Below are positions 39,777 to 48,895 of a DNA stretch of 64,000 bases, piece after piece (position 1 is the first letter of the stretch; each line of letters starts with the position of its first letter). The stretch is from Pseudomonadota bacterium. GTDB lineage: Bacteria; Bdellovibrionota_C; UBA2361; OMII01. The position numbers were made by a program, and so were the translations under genes. The notes under the pieces are model-generated. The model was not told where the DNA came from. It saw nothing but the letters and a program-made list of their open reading frames with translations, and ran no database searches. The stretch spans positions 69,573 through 133,572 of the forward strand of contig JAYPVM010000004.1 of assembly GCA_038134595.1 (NCBI GenBank), read 5' to 3'.

Positions 39777-41174
39777 TTAGAAGTTAAGTGGTCTTCCAAG
39801 GGCAAGAGCCATCGCCTCCATTACCCCCTCTGACAGAGTCGGATGGGGATGAATTGTGTCAACAACGCTAGCGGCAATCCCTTCGTGAGAACGGATAATA
39901 GCTGCTTCTGAAATAAGTTCTGTTGCTTCAGCGTGGAGGATGTGGACTCCAAGCACTTCACCAACCTGGTCATCGATGATTACCTTGATGAATCCCTCCT
40001 GTTCTCCGATGGCAATAGCTTTTCCAATAGCTGAAAACGGGATTTTACCGACGCGATAGGCGATGCCTTTTTCTTTGGCAGCCCGCTCTGTCAGTCCTAC
40101 GGAGGCAACTTGTGGTTGGCAGTAGGTGCATCCGGGGATATTGTCGTACTTCATCGGATGTTTTGATTTTCCAGCGGCAACCTCTGCGGCGACGACCCCT
40201 TCATGGCTAGCTTTGTGGGCTAAGGCTGCACCACCTGCAACGTCTCCAATGGCAAAGTGATGCGGGACGTTGGTTCTCATGAGCTCATCGACTTTGATAA
40301 AGCCCCTGTCGGTCTCAATGCCAACTTTTTCAAGTCCTATATTTTCTGTGTTAGGAACAATGCCTATCGCAATCAAACAGGCGTCTCCGCTCCAGCTTTC
40401 AGTCTTTGTTTTACCCTTTAGATTGGCCGTGACTACATCGCCTTGTCGAGTTAGCCCTTCGACTCCTGTAGAGGTTCGAATGGTCATCCCATTTTTCGTA
40501 AAGACCTTCTCGAGTGCCTGAGCGACCTCGGTATCTTCCACTGGTAGAATCTGTTCAGCCATTTCTACGACGGTAACTTGCACTCCAAGTGAGTTAAAGA
40601 AATAAGCAAACTCAATTCCAATTGCGCCAGCTCCGATTACTAAAAGTTTTTTTGGTAGGCGCTTGTTTTCAAGGATTGTGCGAGATGTATGAATGACAGA
40701 ACCATCGATGTCTACTCCTGGAAAGGGTCGAGGTCGAGCGCCGGTGGCGATGATGATGTCTTTAAATGTATATGTTGTGCTTTTCTTTGAGGAGTCAGTG
40801 ACGATAAGAGTGTTGTTCTTATCGAGAACTCCGTTTCCTGAGATCACTTCAATCTTGTTTTTGCGCATCAGGTAGTTGACGCCACCGGAGAGCTTTGTGG
40901 CAACGTCTCGCGAGCGATGGATGATCTTTCCGAAGTCAAACGAAACAGGACCGGTTTCAAATCCAAATTCTGGAGCGTGCTTGAAGTCGTTGAATAATTG
41001 GGCAGATCGAAGAAGTGCCTTGGAGGGAATGCAACCCCAGTTCAGACACACCCCACCAAGGGACTCCCGCTCAACAATCGATACCTTCCGTCCAAGTTGA
41101 GCAGCTCGTATAGCTGATACATAACCGCCGGGCCCGGAACCCAAAATAATGAGATCTTTTGATTGAGTAGCCAT
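39777..41174 (-). CDS. lpdA: Dihydrolipoyl dehydrogenase (E3)
   Basis: GSGPGGY, GGVCLNWGCIPSK, GAGAIG, HPHPTLSE. Confidence 0.97.
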   Translation of the reverse strand: MATQSKDLIILGSGPGGYVSAIRAAQLGRKVSIVERESLGGVCLNWGCIPSKALLRSAQLFNDFKHAPEFGFETGPVSFDFGKIIHRSRDVATKLSGGVNYLMRKNKIEVISGNGVLDKNNTLIVTDSSKKSTTYTFKDIIIATGARPRPFPGVDIDGSVIHTSRTILENKRLPKKLLVIGAGAIGIEFAYFFNSLGVQVTVVEMAEQILPVEDTEVAQALEKVFTKNGMTIRTSTGVEGLTRQGDVVTANLKGKTKTESWSGDACLIAIGIVPNTENIGLEKVGIETDRGFIKVDELMRTNVPHHFAIGDVAGGAALAHKASHEGVVAAEVAAGKSKHPMKYDNIPGCTYCQPQVASVGLTERAAKEKGIAYRVGKIPFSAIGKAIAIGEQEGFIKVIIDDQVGEVLGVHILHAEATELISEAAIIRSHEGIAASVVDTIHPHPTLSEGVMEAMALALGRPLNF

Positions 41175-41356
41175 GACTTGTAATGCTCCTTAGACGTAAA
41201 GAATGTTATACTGTAATAGCGTACGCACAGTATCGCTTACTTGGTGTAGATCGCAATAGATACTATGGCAACTTATAGTTTTGATACCATATTTTTTCGT
41301 GGAAACTCGCAGCTCTGTATACTTATCCACAGAGCCTTATCGGAAGATATAGACGA

Positions 41357-41767
41357 ATGATTACGATCCCAGAATCAGAGCTCTCATTTGTAGCGTCCAG
41401 AGCTAGTGGCCCGGGTGGTCAGAATGTGAACAAGGTGGAGACTCGTGTGTCGGTGATATTTGATTTTAAAAATTCGTCAGTACTCACAGATGTACAGAAG
41501 CGGCGAATTGCAAAGCACACACATACTCGAAAACGCCTCGATAGTTTGGGGAGGCTTGTGGTCTCAAGCCAAGTCCATAGAACGCAAGGAGCGAATAAGC
41601 TAGAAGCACACAAGCGCCTTGAGGAATTGGTATCGGAGGCCATTAAGTCTCGAAAGACCCGCCGTCCGACCAAACCATCGAGGTCGCAGAAACGTAAGCG
41701 AACTGATGAAAAGCGCCATCGGGGGGCCGTTAAGGGGCTTAGAGCCAAAGTATCAAGCGCTGATTAG
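41357..41767 (+). CDS. arfB: Alternative ribosome rescue factor ArfB (YaeJ)
   Basis: RASGPGGQNVNKV; basic tail RRPTKPS...K. Confidence 0.92.
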   Translation: MITIPESELSFVASRASGPGGQNVNKVETRVSVIFDFKNSSVLTDVQKRRIAKHTHTRKRLDSLGRLVVSSQVHRTQGANKLEAHKRLEELVSEAIKSRKTRRPTKPSRSQKRKRTDEKRHRGAVKGLRAKVSSAD

Positions 41768-41774
41768 GACGAAA

Positions 41775-43106
41775 TTAACCGCGTGCGTTACGTCGTCGTT
41801 CGAGCGCAGTAAATCCAGCTTTGAGGGCATCTGTTAACTCCTGTTGGGAGCCGGTTCCTACCGAAAGCCGGATAAGATCATTCGGTATTCCTCGCTCGGC
41901 ACGTTGTTCCGGTGTTTGCTGAAAGTGGGAGACGACTGCTACTACAGACAGAAGAGGCATGTCTCCCCCAAACGAGGGGGCGATATATGTCCCCTTAGGC
42001 GAGTTTGCGATAAATGCATCTGCGAAAGCCGCAATGTCATGAAAATCTTGGCATTGTATTCTAAAGGAGACGACGCCTCCGAATCCTGTCATTTGTTTTT
42101 TTGCAACTTGGTAGTTTTGATGTGTTGGATGTCCAGGATACCAGAGCTCGATGACATTAGGATTTCTAGCGAGTAGATTAGCCACATGCATGCCGTTTCT
42201 ATTAGATAGCTCAACGCGCTCTCGGAGAGTGCCTAATCCCTGCTCGATGCCAAGACAATCTTCATCGTGGGCGATGTTGCCTTGTTGGCTACGGAGTTCT
42301 CTTGCCATTTCTACAATCTCGGCTCTTCCAATTATAGCTCCAGCACCTACTTGATTATTGCCGCCGATATATTTTGTTAGGGAGGGAACAACAATATCTG
42401 CTCCCTGCTCCAGAGGTTTTTGATTAATTGGACTCGCAAACGTGTGATCCACGATGAGCAGTGCACTTGAGTGGGCTGCTTTGATTTGGGATTTTACATC
42501 GGGGATGTCAATTACTCTGAGATATGGATTTGAGGGCGTCTCAAAAAATATGGCTTTTGTGTTTGGTTGCAGATATCTCTGCACGTTTGTAAAGTCATCC
42601 ATAGGAATGACTGTTAGTTCGACCAGGCCCCGTTTGACGAGCCTTTCTAGAATGTTGCGCGTTTGTCTGTAGCCCTCTGTACCTACGATGATGTGGCCTG
42701 GCTCAGGCGCCAGCGGTAAAACAGTATCTATGAGCGTTGCAATAGCAGCCATTCCGCTTCTGAATACCGTAGCTGACTCTCCGTTTTCAAGGGAAGCTAG
42801 GGCGCTTTCAATGCGTCGAGTAAGGGGAGTCCCATAACGGAAGTATTCCGCTTCATCAGCGCGCAGTTCTCCGAGGCTTTCTCTTCTTTTGAGCTCTGCA
42901 AATTGCGCTAACGTCGTCGAGCCGTGTGTTGTTGCATGGTGCGGGGCAATTGGTTCGGAGACACTCTCATCTTGGGACACGATGATATCATCCACAAACT
43001 GTCGTAGCGGATCTTGTCCCTCTGGAGTAAGAGATGTGTTGATGTCTTTCCATGGTGAGGTACTTGTAGGTTGTCTTGGCTCTTGGGTTGCTGCGTCTAG
43101 ATTCAT
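41775..43106 (-). CDS. metB: PLP-dependent trans-sulfuration enzyme, cystathionine gamma-synthase-like
   Basis: YFRYG, SGMAAI, FETPSNP, DHTFASP, SLTKYIGG (PLP Lys), GFGGVVSF, IRLSVG; preceded by a SAM riboswitch. Confidence 0.75.
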   Translation of the reverse strand: MNLDAATQEPRQPTSTSPWKDINTSLTPEGQDPLRQFVDDIIVSQDESVSEPIAPHHATTHGSTTLAQFAELKRRESLGELRADEAEYFRYGTPLTRRIESALASLENGESATVFRSGMAAIATLIDTVLPLAPEPGHIIVGTEGYRQTRNILERLVKRGLVELTVIPMDDFTNVQRYLQPNTKAIFFETPSNPYLRVIDIPDVKSQIKAAHSSALLIVDHTFASPINQKPLEQGADIVVPSLTKYIGGNNQVGAGAIIGRAEIVEMARELRSQQGNIAHDEDCLGIEQGLGTLRERVELSNRNGMHVANLLARNPNVIELWYPGHPTHQNYQVAKKQMTGFGGVVSFRIQCQDFHDIAAFADAFIANSPKGTYIAPSFGGDMPLLSVVAVVSHFQQTPEQRAERGIPNDLIRLSVGTGSQQELTDALKAGFTALERRRNARG

Positions 43107-43229
43107 GAATCACCTCTAAAGTGACTCGTTATCCACAGATATTCTTAAGCGTTTTTGATGTTAAATGGCATTAATATGCCAGCAACACAATCATTGACTA
43201 ATGCGAGAATGGTATAGCTATCAGGGATC

Positions 43230-43271
43230 AAGAAAGACGAAAGGAATACAATCGCTTTGGTAGCGATTGTT
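43230..43271 (-). terminator. Intrinsic terminator of the riboswitch expression platform
   Basis: Minus strand ACAATCGCT-ACCAA-AGCGATTGT, followed by pyrimidine/U-rich ATTCCTTTCGTCTTTCTT. Confidence 0.7.
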
Positions 43272-43395
43272 CTCTCATCTTCCAGATTGCCTGTTGCTAG
43301 CATTCTAGCAACTCGTCTGCCGGAGTTGGCACCTTGAATTTAATCAGGTTGCCGAGGCTTCATCGGGCCGGTCCCTCTGCCTCTCTGGATAAGAG
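43272..43395 (-). ncRNA. SAM-I (S-box) riboswitch
   Basis: Minus strand CTCTTATCCAGAGAGGCAGAGGGACCGGCCCGATGAAGCCTCGGCAACC...GGTGCCAACTCCGGCAG...CTGGAAGATGAGAG matches all S-box core motifs. Confidence 0.96.
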
Positions 43396-43548
43396 TCTGT
43401 TTGAGAAGATAGACTTCTTCAGATCCGATGTCAATATGAGGCAGAGCATGCCGTGCAAAGGAGGTAAGTTCTGTCACTACAGTGTTTCTCTAATGAATTG
43501 CAATCATCACAGCGTGCTCTGCGCAGTTGTATGACGAGGAGAGTGCTT

Positions 43549-44094
43549 CTACTGCGAATGGTTGATAGTTCGTGAGTTGTGTCTCCGTAAGGAGCGTCTT
43601 TGTTCTTGATCTTCTTTGTGTTCTGTATCCTTGTTTTTCATTGGATCGGAAGTTTGAGCCATAGGTTGATGAAACAATAGGCTTTTATCTCTAAATCCCA
43701 CTAATCTAAGTAGGAGTTGCTCAAGAGCCTTTAATAGGTTTGCGAAGAAAGAAATGATTCGGTTCATAATGCCCCCTTCGTATTTAAAAAGAGGGTTTTT
43801 GAAAACGCCATGTTCCTTCGGGGAAGGTGCTGAGCGGTGTTGTTGTTGGTCTTGTGTGTTCGTAGGGTTTGAACCTAAGGGGAGCGCTAAGTCTCCCCTT
43901 TTTCTTCTCTCTTGTTTTGGTGATACCCTAATAATGTCGGTGTTTTGGATCGATGCGCCTGCCAAATTGACTTCTTCCGGCTGTTGAGATGTGCCGCGAT
44001 TTTCTAGGTCTTTGTGCGCAACGAGAGTGTCCAAGGAATCTAAAGTATCCCCTTTGGGTGTTGCAGCGTGATTTAGGGCCTTGTGCTCCGACAT
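43549..44094 (-). CDS. Hypothetical protein, largely low-complexity or disordered
   Basis: 181-aa ATG ORF with one amphipathic segment. Confidence 0.6.
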   Translation of the reverse strand: MSEHKALNHAATPKGDTLDSLDTLVAHKDLENRGTSQQPEEVNLAGASIQNTDIIRVSPKQERRKRGDLALPLGSNPTNTQDQQQHRSAPSPKEHGVFKNPLFKYEGGIMNRIISFFANLLKALEQLLLRLVGFRDKSLLFHQPMAQTSDPMKNKDTEHKEDQEQRRSLRRHNSRTINHSQ

Positions 44095-44239
44095 ATCTTA
44101 CCTGGGCGCTTTTTATCATATGTAGTTATGTTTGTCTTCTTTTGTCGTGATACATAAGAAATGGATAAAAATACCTTTTAGATGTGTTTTTAATTAACTA
44201 TTATGCTGGGTTAGGACCTTGATTAAAAATGGAGCGATA

Positions 44240-45325
44240 ATGAGGCGATTTTTCTTGAAGTTTGCACTGAGTGTTTTGTTTATCACAGCTATTGGAGGGT
44301 GTAATTCGAGTGCGGTGCAGGATGTTATTGATATTATTGAAGGGGTCCCTCGAAAAACCATCAACACCGATATCCTAGGGATAAATGCATTTGCGAATGA
44401 TGGGAGGTTCGGAACGCCACAACAGCAGTATACGGAGGTTCGGTCTGTCCTTCGACTTAATTCACTGCGAATTCTTGCTAATTGGGATGCCTTGGCGCAG
44501 CCTGCCAAGGGAAGCTCTATAAATTTTTCATTCCTTGATACGTTAGTCGCGGCGATTCCCGATGGGGTCGATGGCCTAATAATTCTCTCGGGAACTCCAA
44601 CTTGGATGAGTGATGCTTCGAACTGGACAGACGGTGATCCCAAAAAGACTTTTGTACGGGAGTGGGTAACGCCTATCGTGAGGCGCTACCGAGCAAATCC
44701 CAAAATTATCGGCTTTCAGGTCTGGAATGAGCCAAATCAGAACAATCAATCTAATAGAGATCTTGGGCTTGTGACCGATGCTTCAGGTTACGTTGAAGTG
44801 TTACGACAGTCCTTTGAGGTAATCAGAGCTCTTGCCCCCTCTAAGTTGGTTGTGACAGCCGCGACTACTTCACTTAATCAAAATTTTCCAGACTCCCTTG
44901 ATTATAATCGAATGATGAGAGATGCAGGCGCACAGCAGTACGCAGATATCTGGGCGATTCATTATTATGGCAAGCAGTATGAAAATCTGCTTCGGCCAGG
45001 TGGCGTAAAAGATTTTGCAAACGGCTTGTCTTTGCCTATATGGGTGACCGAGAGCGGTGAGAGGGGAGTCAATAAGCAGTTGGCATACGGCGAAGAGGTA
45101 TGGCATTATCTTGTGGAGAATATGCCCAGTATACAACGCATCTACGTGTACCAGCATACAGAGGCTACGCCACCTGAGAGTACATACGGGTTGCGGAATC
45201 TATCGTCAGATGCGCCTGTTTCAGATCTCTATGTGTGGTTGCGGGATAGGTATACAGGTTTGAGGTTGCATACGAGGAATGGGAGAAGTGTCACTGTTTT
45301 GAGGGAATTTGGAGGGCTATGCTAA
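44240..45325 (+). CDS. Clan GH-A glycoside hydrolase, predicted lipoprotein
   Basis: Lipobox-like AIGGC, QVWNEPN (acid/base), AIHYY, IWVTESG (nucleophile). Confidence 0.8.
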   Translation: MRRFFLKFALSVLFITAIGGCNSSAVQDVIDIIEGVPRKTINTDILGINAFANDGRFGTPQQQYTEVRSVLRLNSLRILANWDALAQPAKGSSINFSFLDTLVAAIPDGVDGLIILSGTPTWMSDASNWTDGDPKKTFVREWVTPIVRRYRANPKIIGFQVWNEPNQNNQSNRDLGLVTDASGYVEVLRQSFEVIRALAPSKLVVTAATTSLNQNFPDSLDYNRMMRDAGAQQYADIWAIHYYGKQYENLLRPGGVKDFANGLSLPIWVTESGERGVNKQLAYGEEVWHYLVENMPSIQRIYVYQHTEATPPESTYGLRNLSSDAPVSDLYVWLRDRYTGLRLHTRNGRSVTVLREFGGLC

Positions 45326-45768
45326 GAGTGCTTGTATTTGGGGTGATGATTTCGTTATCTGCTTGTTTTTCTCACGGGGTAATGAATGCGGCAACTGGAA
45401 CGTCTGTTGTGCTACAAAGCAACAACTATAAAACATTGAAGACTGGTGCTCGTGGTGTTAGCTACGGTTTTTCATTGCTCGGCTTGATTCCAATAGTTTC
45501 ACCAACTGCTGCCTCGGCAAAGTCGAACTTGTACGGAGATGTCCAGATTGAGATGGGGGGGCGGTCTACAGCTTTGGCGAATCAAACAGAGGATAGAAGT
45601 GTTTTATATTTGGGGTTATTTTCAATTCCTAGGTATATAATTACTGCAGATGTAATCGAGTTTACCGAGAACCAACAGAAGAACTACGACGTTTCGACGC
45701 AGGTTGCGGCTGTAGAGAAAACTAGTTTAGAAAACCCCGCCCCCAAGGCCCTAGCAAAGCAAAAGTAG
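45319..45768 (+). CDS. Lipoprotein (DUF6567/TRL-like)
   Basis: Lipobox LSAC, VVLQSNNY, ITADVIEF; overlaps the upstream stop. Confidence 0.6.
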   Translation: MLRVLVFGVMISLSACFSHGVMNAATGTSVVLQSNNYKTLKTGARGVSYGFSLLGLIPIVSPTAASAKSNLYGDVQIEMGGRSTALANQTEDRSVLYLGLFSIPRYIITADVIEFTENQQKNYDVSTQVAAVEKTSLENPAPKALAKQK

Positions 45769-45783
45769 TACGCTTGGATTGAA

Positions 45784-45802
45784 GACTACTGTTTCAGTAG
45801 TC
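45784..45802. terminator. Hairpin between convergent genes
   Basis: Perfect 8-bp stem GACTACTG-TTT-CAGTAGTC; no clear U tract. Confidence 0.35.
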
Positions 45803-45829
45803 GCAGTACGATAATCTTGTAAGAAACTT

Positions 45830-46999
45830 CTAATTGAGCTCCGGTAAGGTGTTGTGCCATGTGATAGTATCTGGTGTTACTATAGATATTTTCTCTACGT
45901 CCATCGATACAACACCCAATTCATCTCGTTTCACCGAAAGATTAGTGACGATGATGCAGGGATTTTTAGTTAGTAGCACTTTGTGATGCCCATCGCTTAT
46001 TGGTTCTTCGATTTGACATCCCATTGTCCCAAGTTGACAGAGATAGGTGTTGTCTTTTCGAGGTAGGAGGGCGATTCCCCAAATACCACTGATTAAAAGC
46101 TGAGGGGTTATCTCTAACGCGGCAGTAGCGACTGATTCGTATGCCTTGCTGAGGAGGGCGGAACCACGATGGACATCTCGTATTCCCTTTCCATCTCGGA
46201 TAGCAGATTCTAGAGCGTTCTCTTCGATGAGCAACCTTCCTAATTCCTGCATTTGATTAAGGGAGTTTTGAAAGGCCCTTGTGGACCAATACAATTCAAT
46301 TGAGTATGTGAAGGTATTAGGGCTGACAACGAGAAAGGCACCCGCTTCTCCCTCCAGAATGTACTCTCTGGGTAGCATTACAAGTGGAGTTACGAGACTT
46401 GCCGCGTCGGGCACTTCTAGTCCAGCAGAAGAGGGAATTGCCAATCTAATTGCTTTTGGGTGAGAAGCCAAAAGCTCCTCGTTCCAACTACCGTCGGGCC
46501 TGGTCTGCGCCTCCGGATCATGGGCGCTTTCACCGTAACGACAGCAGTATACTATGGAGGTATCCTTTGATGAATTAGTTGCAAGGCGACTTATTTCTCG
46601 GACATCGAAATGTTGCAACGGTTTTCGAGCGGTGTATTCGCTGCCCCGATGCTTTTCGAGGTAGATTGAATCGGAGAGAAAAAACCGTTTAATAAGTCCG
46701 GTGATAAACTGTCGAGAGATGTCGGGCCGTTTGAATTCATCCACTTGACCAAGCGTTATTGGACGAGCACTGCTTCTACGTTCAACTATGTCGGTTAGTC
46801 GGTGGGCACCACTATGCTTGAGTGCGACACTGGCAGAAGGAGCTCGTCTTTCGTTTGCTGGCGAGGAAAGTTGTCCGAGGGTTCCAAAAGCTGCCGCGTT
46901 TTCTGTCGAAAAAAAATGTTGTAACGGATTAATCATATCCATTGCCTGTATGATGCTCTTCCATCCCGACAGTATAATATCGTTGAAGCCAGCATCCAA
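45830..46999 (-). CDS. Hypothetical protein
   Basis: Long ORF (true start probably 40-60 nt downstream); no recognised motif. Confidence 0.65.
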   Translation of the reverse strand: MDAGFNDIILSGWKSIIQAMDMINPLQHFFSTENAAAFGTLGQLSSPANERRAPSASVALKHSGAHRLTDIVERRSSARPITLGQVDEFKRPDISRQFITGLIKRFFLSDSIYLEKHRGSEYTARKPLQHFDVREISRLATNSSKDTSIVYCCRYGESAHDPEAQTRPDGSWNEELLASHPKAIRLAIPSSAGLEVPDAASLVTPLVMLPREYILEGEAGAFLVVSPNTFTYSIELYWSTRAFQNSLNQMQELGRLLIEENALESAIRDGKGIRDVHRGSALLSKAYESVATAALEITPQLLISGIWGIALLPRKDNTYLCQLGTMGCQIEEPISDGHHKVLLTKNPCIIVTNLSVKRDELGVVSMDVEKISIVTPDTITWHNTLPELN

Positions 47000-47056
47000 G
47001 ACTTATTGTATACAACCTTTTTGGTGGTCGTACGTGACTCTTGATAGCACATGTAT

Positions 47057-48712
47057 CTAAATGCGTTCTGAAGCGAACAGCTCTTCTATGGTGATTCGAG
47101 CGGCTTTTCGGGAAGTACTGTTTTGTTCGATGATGTCGGCGGCCATTAAAGGCTGTGCTACAAAACTCCAAGTTTCTTGATCGAGTTTGTAGAATGCTAG
47201 CATCTCGTTAAATGCACGAACGAGGTCCGGACTGCCCGCAGGATTTTGATGAGCAATTGAAAATTGAATTTTTGGTAAGATCTGTAAGAAGGCAGAAAAT
47301 TCTTCAGGCGCATGGTAAGAGTGCTCTCTCAGTGTGAAACTAGCGGCAGCTTCAATTGCTTGTAACATCTGCCAATTTTTTTCAGCTGTCTCTATCTCTG
47401 CAATTCGATGTAATTCGGTTAGTATTGTGGACACTAAATGCTTTTCGCATGGTGTGTTTAAGTCTGAGTGGCTAAATGGGACCGTATCACACGAAAGAGT
47501 TACTCCGTATTGCTCCAGTGTGCTGCCATCAGCTTCATACACGGGAGGAAAAGAGTTTTCTAATAGTTCATGCCACCTGGTAGATTGACCGACTCCCACC
47601 GGAGTCTCGTTCCGACTACTACCCCTACAATCAAGCATATGAAGCAGGACAACGGAGACAAGGGATGGAGAAACGTCACCGGTTAGATCGAGAAAAGACT
47701 GCTCGCAGCGTGATTGGCGAGTATAATGGGCATTGGTGCTATTCCACTCACAAAAACAAATTACTTGAGATGCGGCTGACCCAAAAGCTCCCAAACACCC
47801 GAGCCCCCCAAAGAGTAGGCTAGGTAAATATTGGCCGTTTGAAAAAAGCGCGAGAGCTTCTTGAAACGCAGCCACCGAGGCCACAGCGATAGTCCCGTTT
47901 ACTAATGTCATTCCTCCGAAGATTAGTGCGGAAGTGCGTTTGTGCTGTGATGTCTTTGCCACCTCGGAGATGCTACGAGGGATTTTCTGGTATATATGAG
48001 AGAGAGCTGCCAATTTGTTTATTAATCCCATGGAATGCCCTGTTGTTCCTGAGAGAGCCAAGGACTCAAGGACGCTTGTTAATGAAGGGAGCTTATCTGG
48101 TTGTATAAAAGCGCTATTGCTATCGATGTTGTATATAAATCCATCGGCATGAAGGCGGCGCTTGGTGTCTTGAACCGTGTCTTGTGCTATCCCATGTAAG
48201 AGGTTAAATGGTAGGGCGGTGGACTCTTGGTTTTGGACAAAACAAGCTGTACCAAGTTGCTGTTCCTTTAAGAAAAATTGCGGTAATTCATTGCAGATTC
48301 TTTCAATAGTCGTCTCGTAAGCCCTGCGCAGTTTTACGGGATCTTGCGCAAGAACGCGTAAGCGTTCTGCTATCTCTGTCGAGGTTTTCTCCGGTGTTCG
48401 ATATAGCTCGCGGAGAGAATGAGAGAAATCTTTCTCAAAGTAAGTTACAAGACTTTGTACAAGGGGATTGGTCTGATCAGCGAAACTAAGAGATCGAAAT
48501 AGTTCTGTGGCTTTCGCTTCGAGCGCGATGAATTGAGAAACTGTTCTGTCTGTAGGATCTTTAGTGTCCTTGCGAGGTTCGAAAGGATGAATAAATAAAC
48601 TTTGCTCTCGTAGGTCAATGTCTCGTTCGGTGACTCGAAAAGGAACCGTTCCCGGCTGAGGGGTGGAGACCTTCAGCGTATGTTTGCCGCCAATCGAGAC
48701 CTCTATTTCCAT
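47057..48712 (-). CDS. Hypothetical protein with central hydrophobic helical hairpin
   Basis: 551-aa ORF with two adjacent hydrophobic segments mid-protein. Confidence 0.7.
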   Translation of the reverse strand: MEIEVSIGGKHTLKVSTPQPGTVPFRVTERDIDLREQSLFIHPFEPRKDTKDPTDRTVSQFIALEAKATELFRSLSFADQTNPLVQSLVTYFEKDFSHSLRELYRTPEKTSTEIAERLRVLAQDPVKLRRAYETTIERICNELPQFFLKEQQLGTACFVQNQESTALPFNLLHGIAQDTVQDTKRRLHADGFIYNIDSNSAFIQPDKLPSLTSVLESLALSGTTGHSMGLINKLAALSHIYQKIPRSISEVAKTSQHKRTSALIFGGMTLVNGTIAVASVAAFQEALALFSNGQYLPSLLFGGLGCLGAFGSAASQVICFCEWNSTNAHYTRQSRCEQSFLDLTGDVSPSLVSVVLLHMLDCRGSSRNETPVGVGQSTRWHELLENSFPPVYEADGSTLEQYGVTLSCDTVPFSHSDLNTPCEKHLVSTILTELHRIAEIETAEKNWQMLQAIEAAASFTLREHSYHAPEEFSAFLQILPKIQFSIAHQNPAGSPDLVRAFNEMLAFYKLDQETWSFVAQPLMAADIIEQNSTSRKAARITIEELFASERI

Positions 48713-48895
48713 ATGTAGCTTTCTCTTGAATACGACCTGTTTTGTCTTCTCTAGAGCCGAGTGTTTGAGGCTCTTTAGTTTGGGGAATAGTAGCGCACCA
48801 CCCCTTTATGTGAAGAGTTTATGGTAATTTGAAACTGGGATAATCTCAACTAACCGGAGGGCGCTGAGTAGGTGAGAATATATGCGTACAGATAC

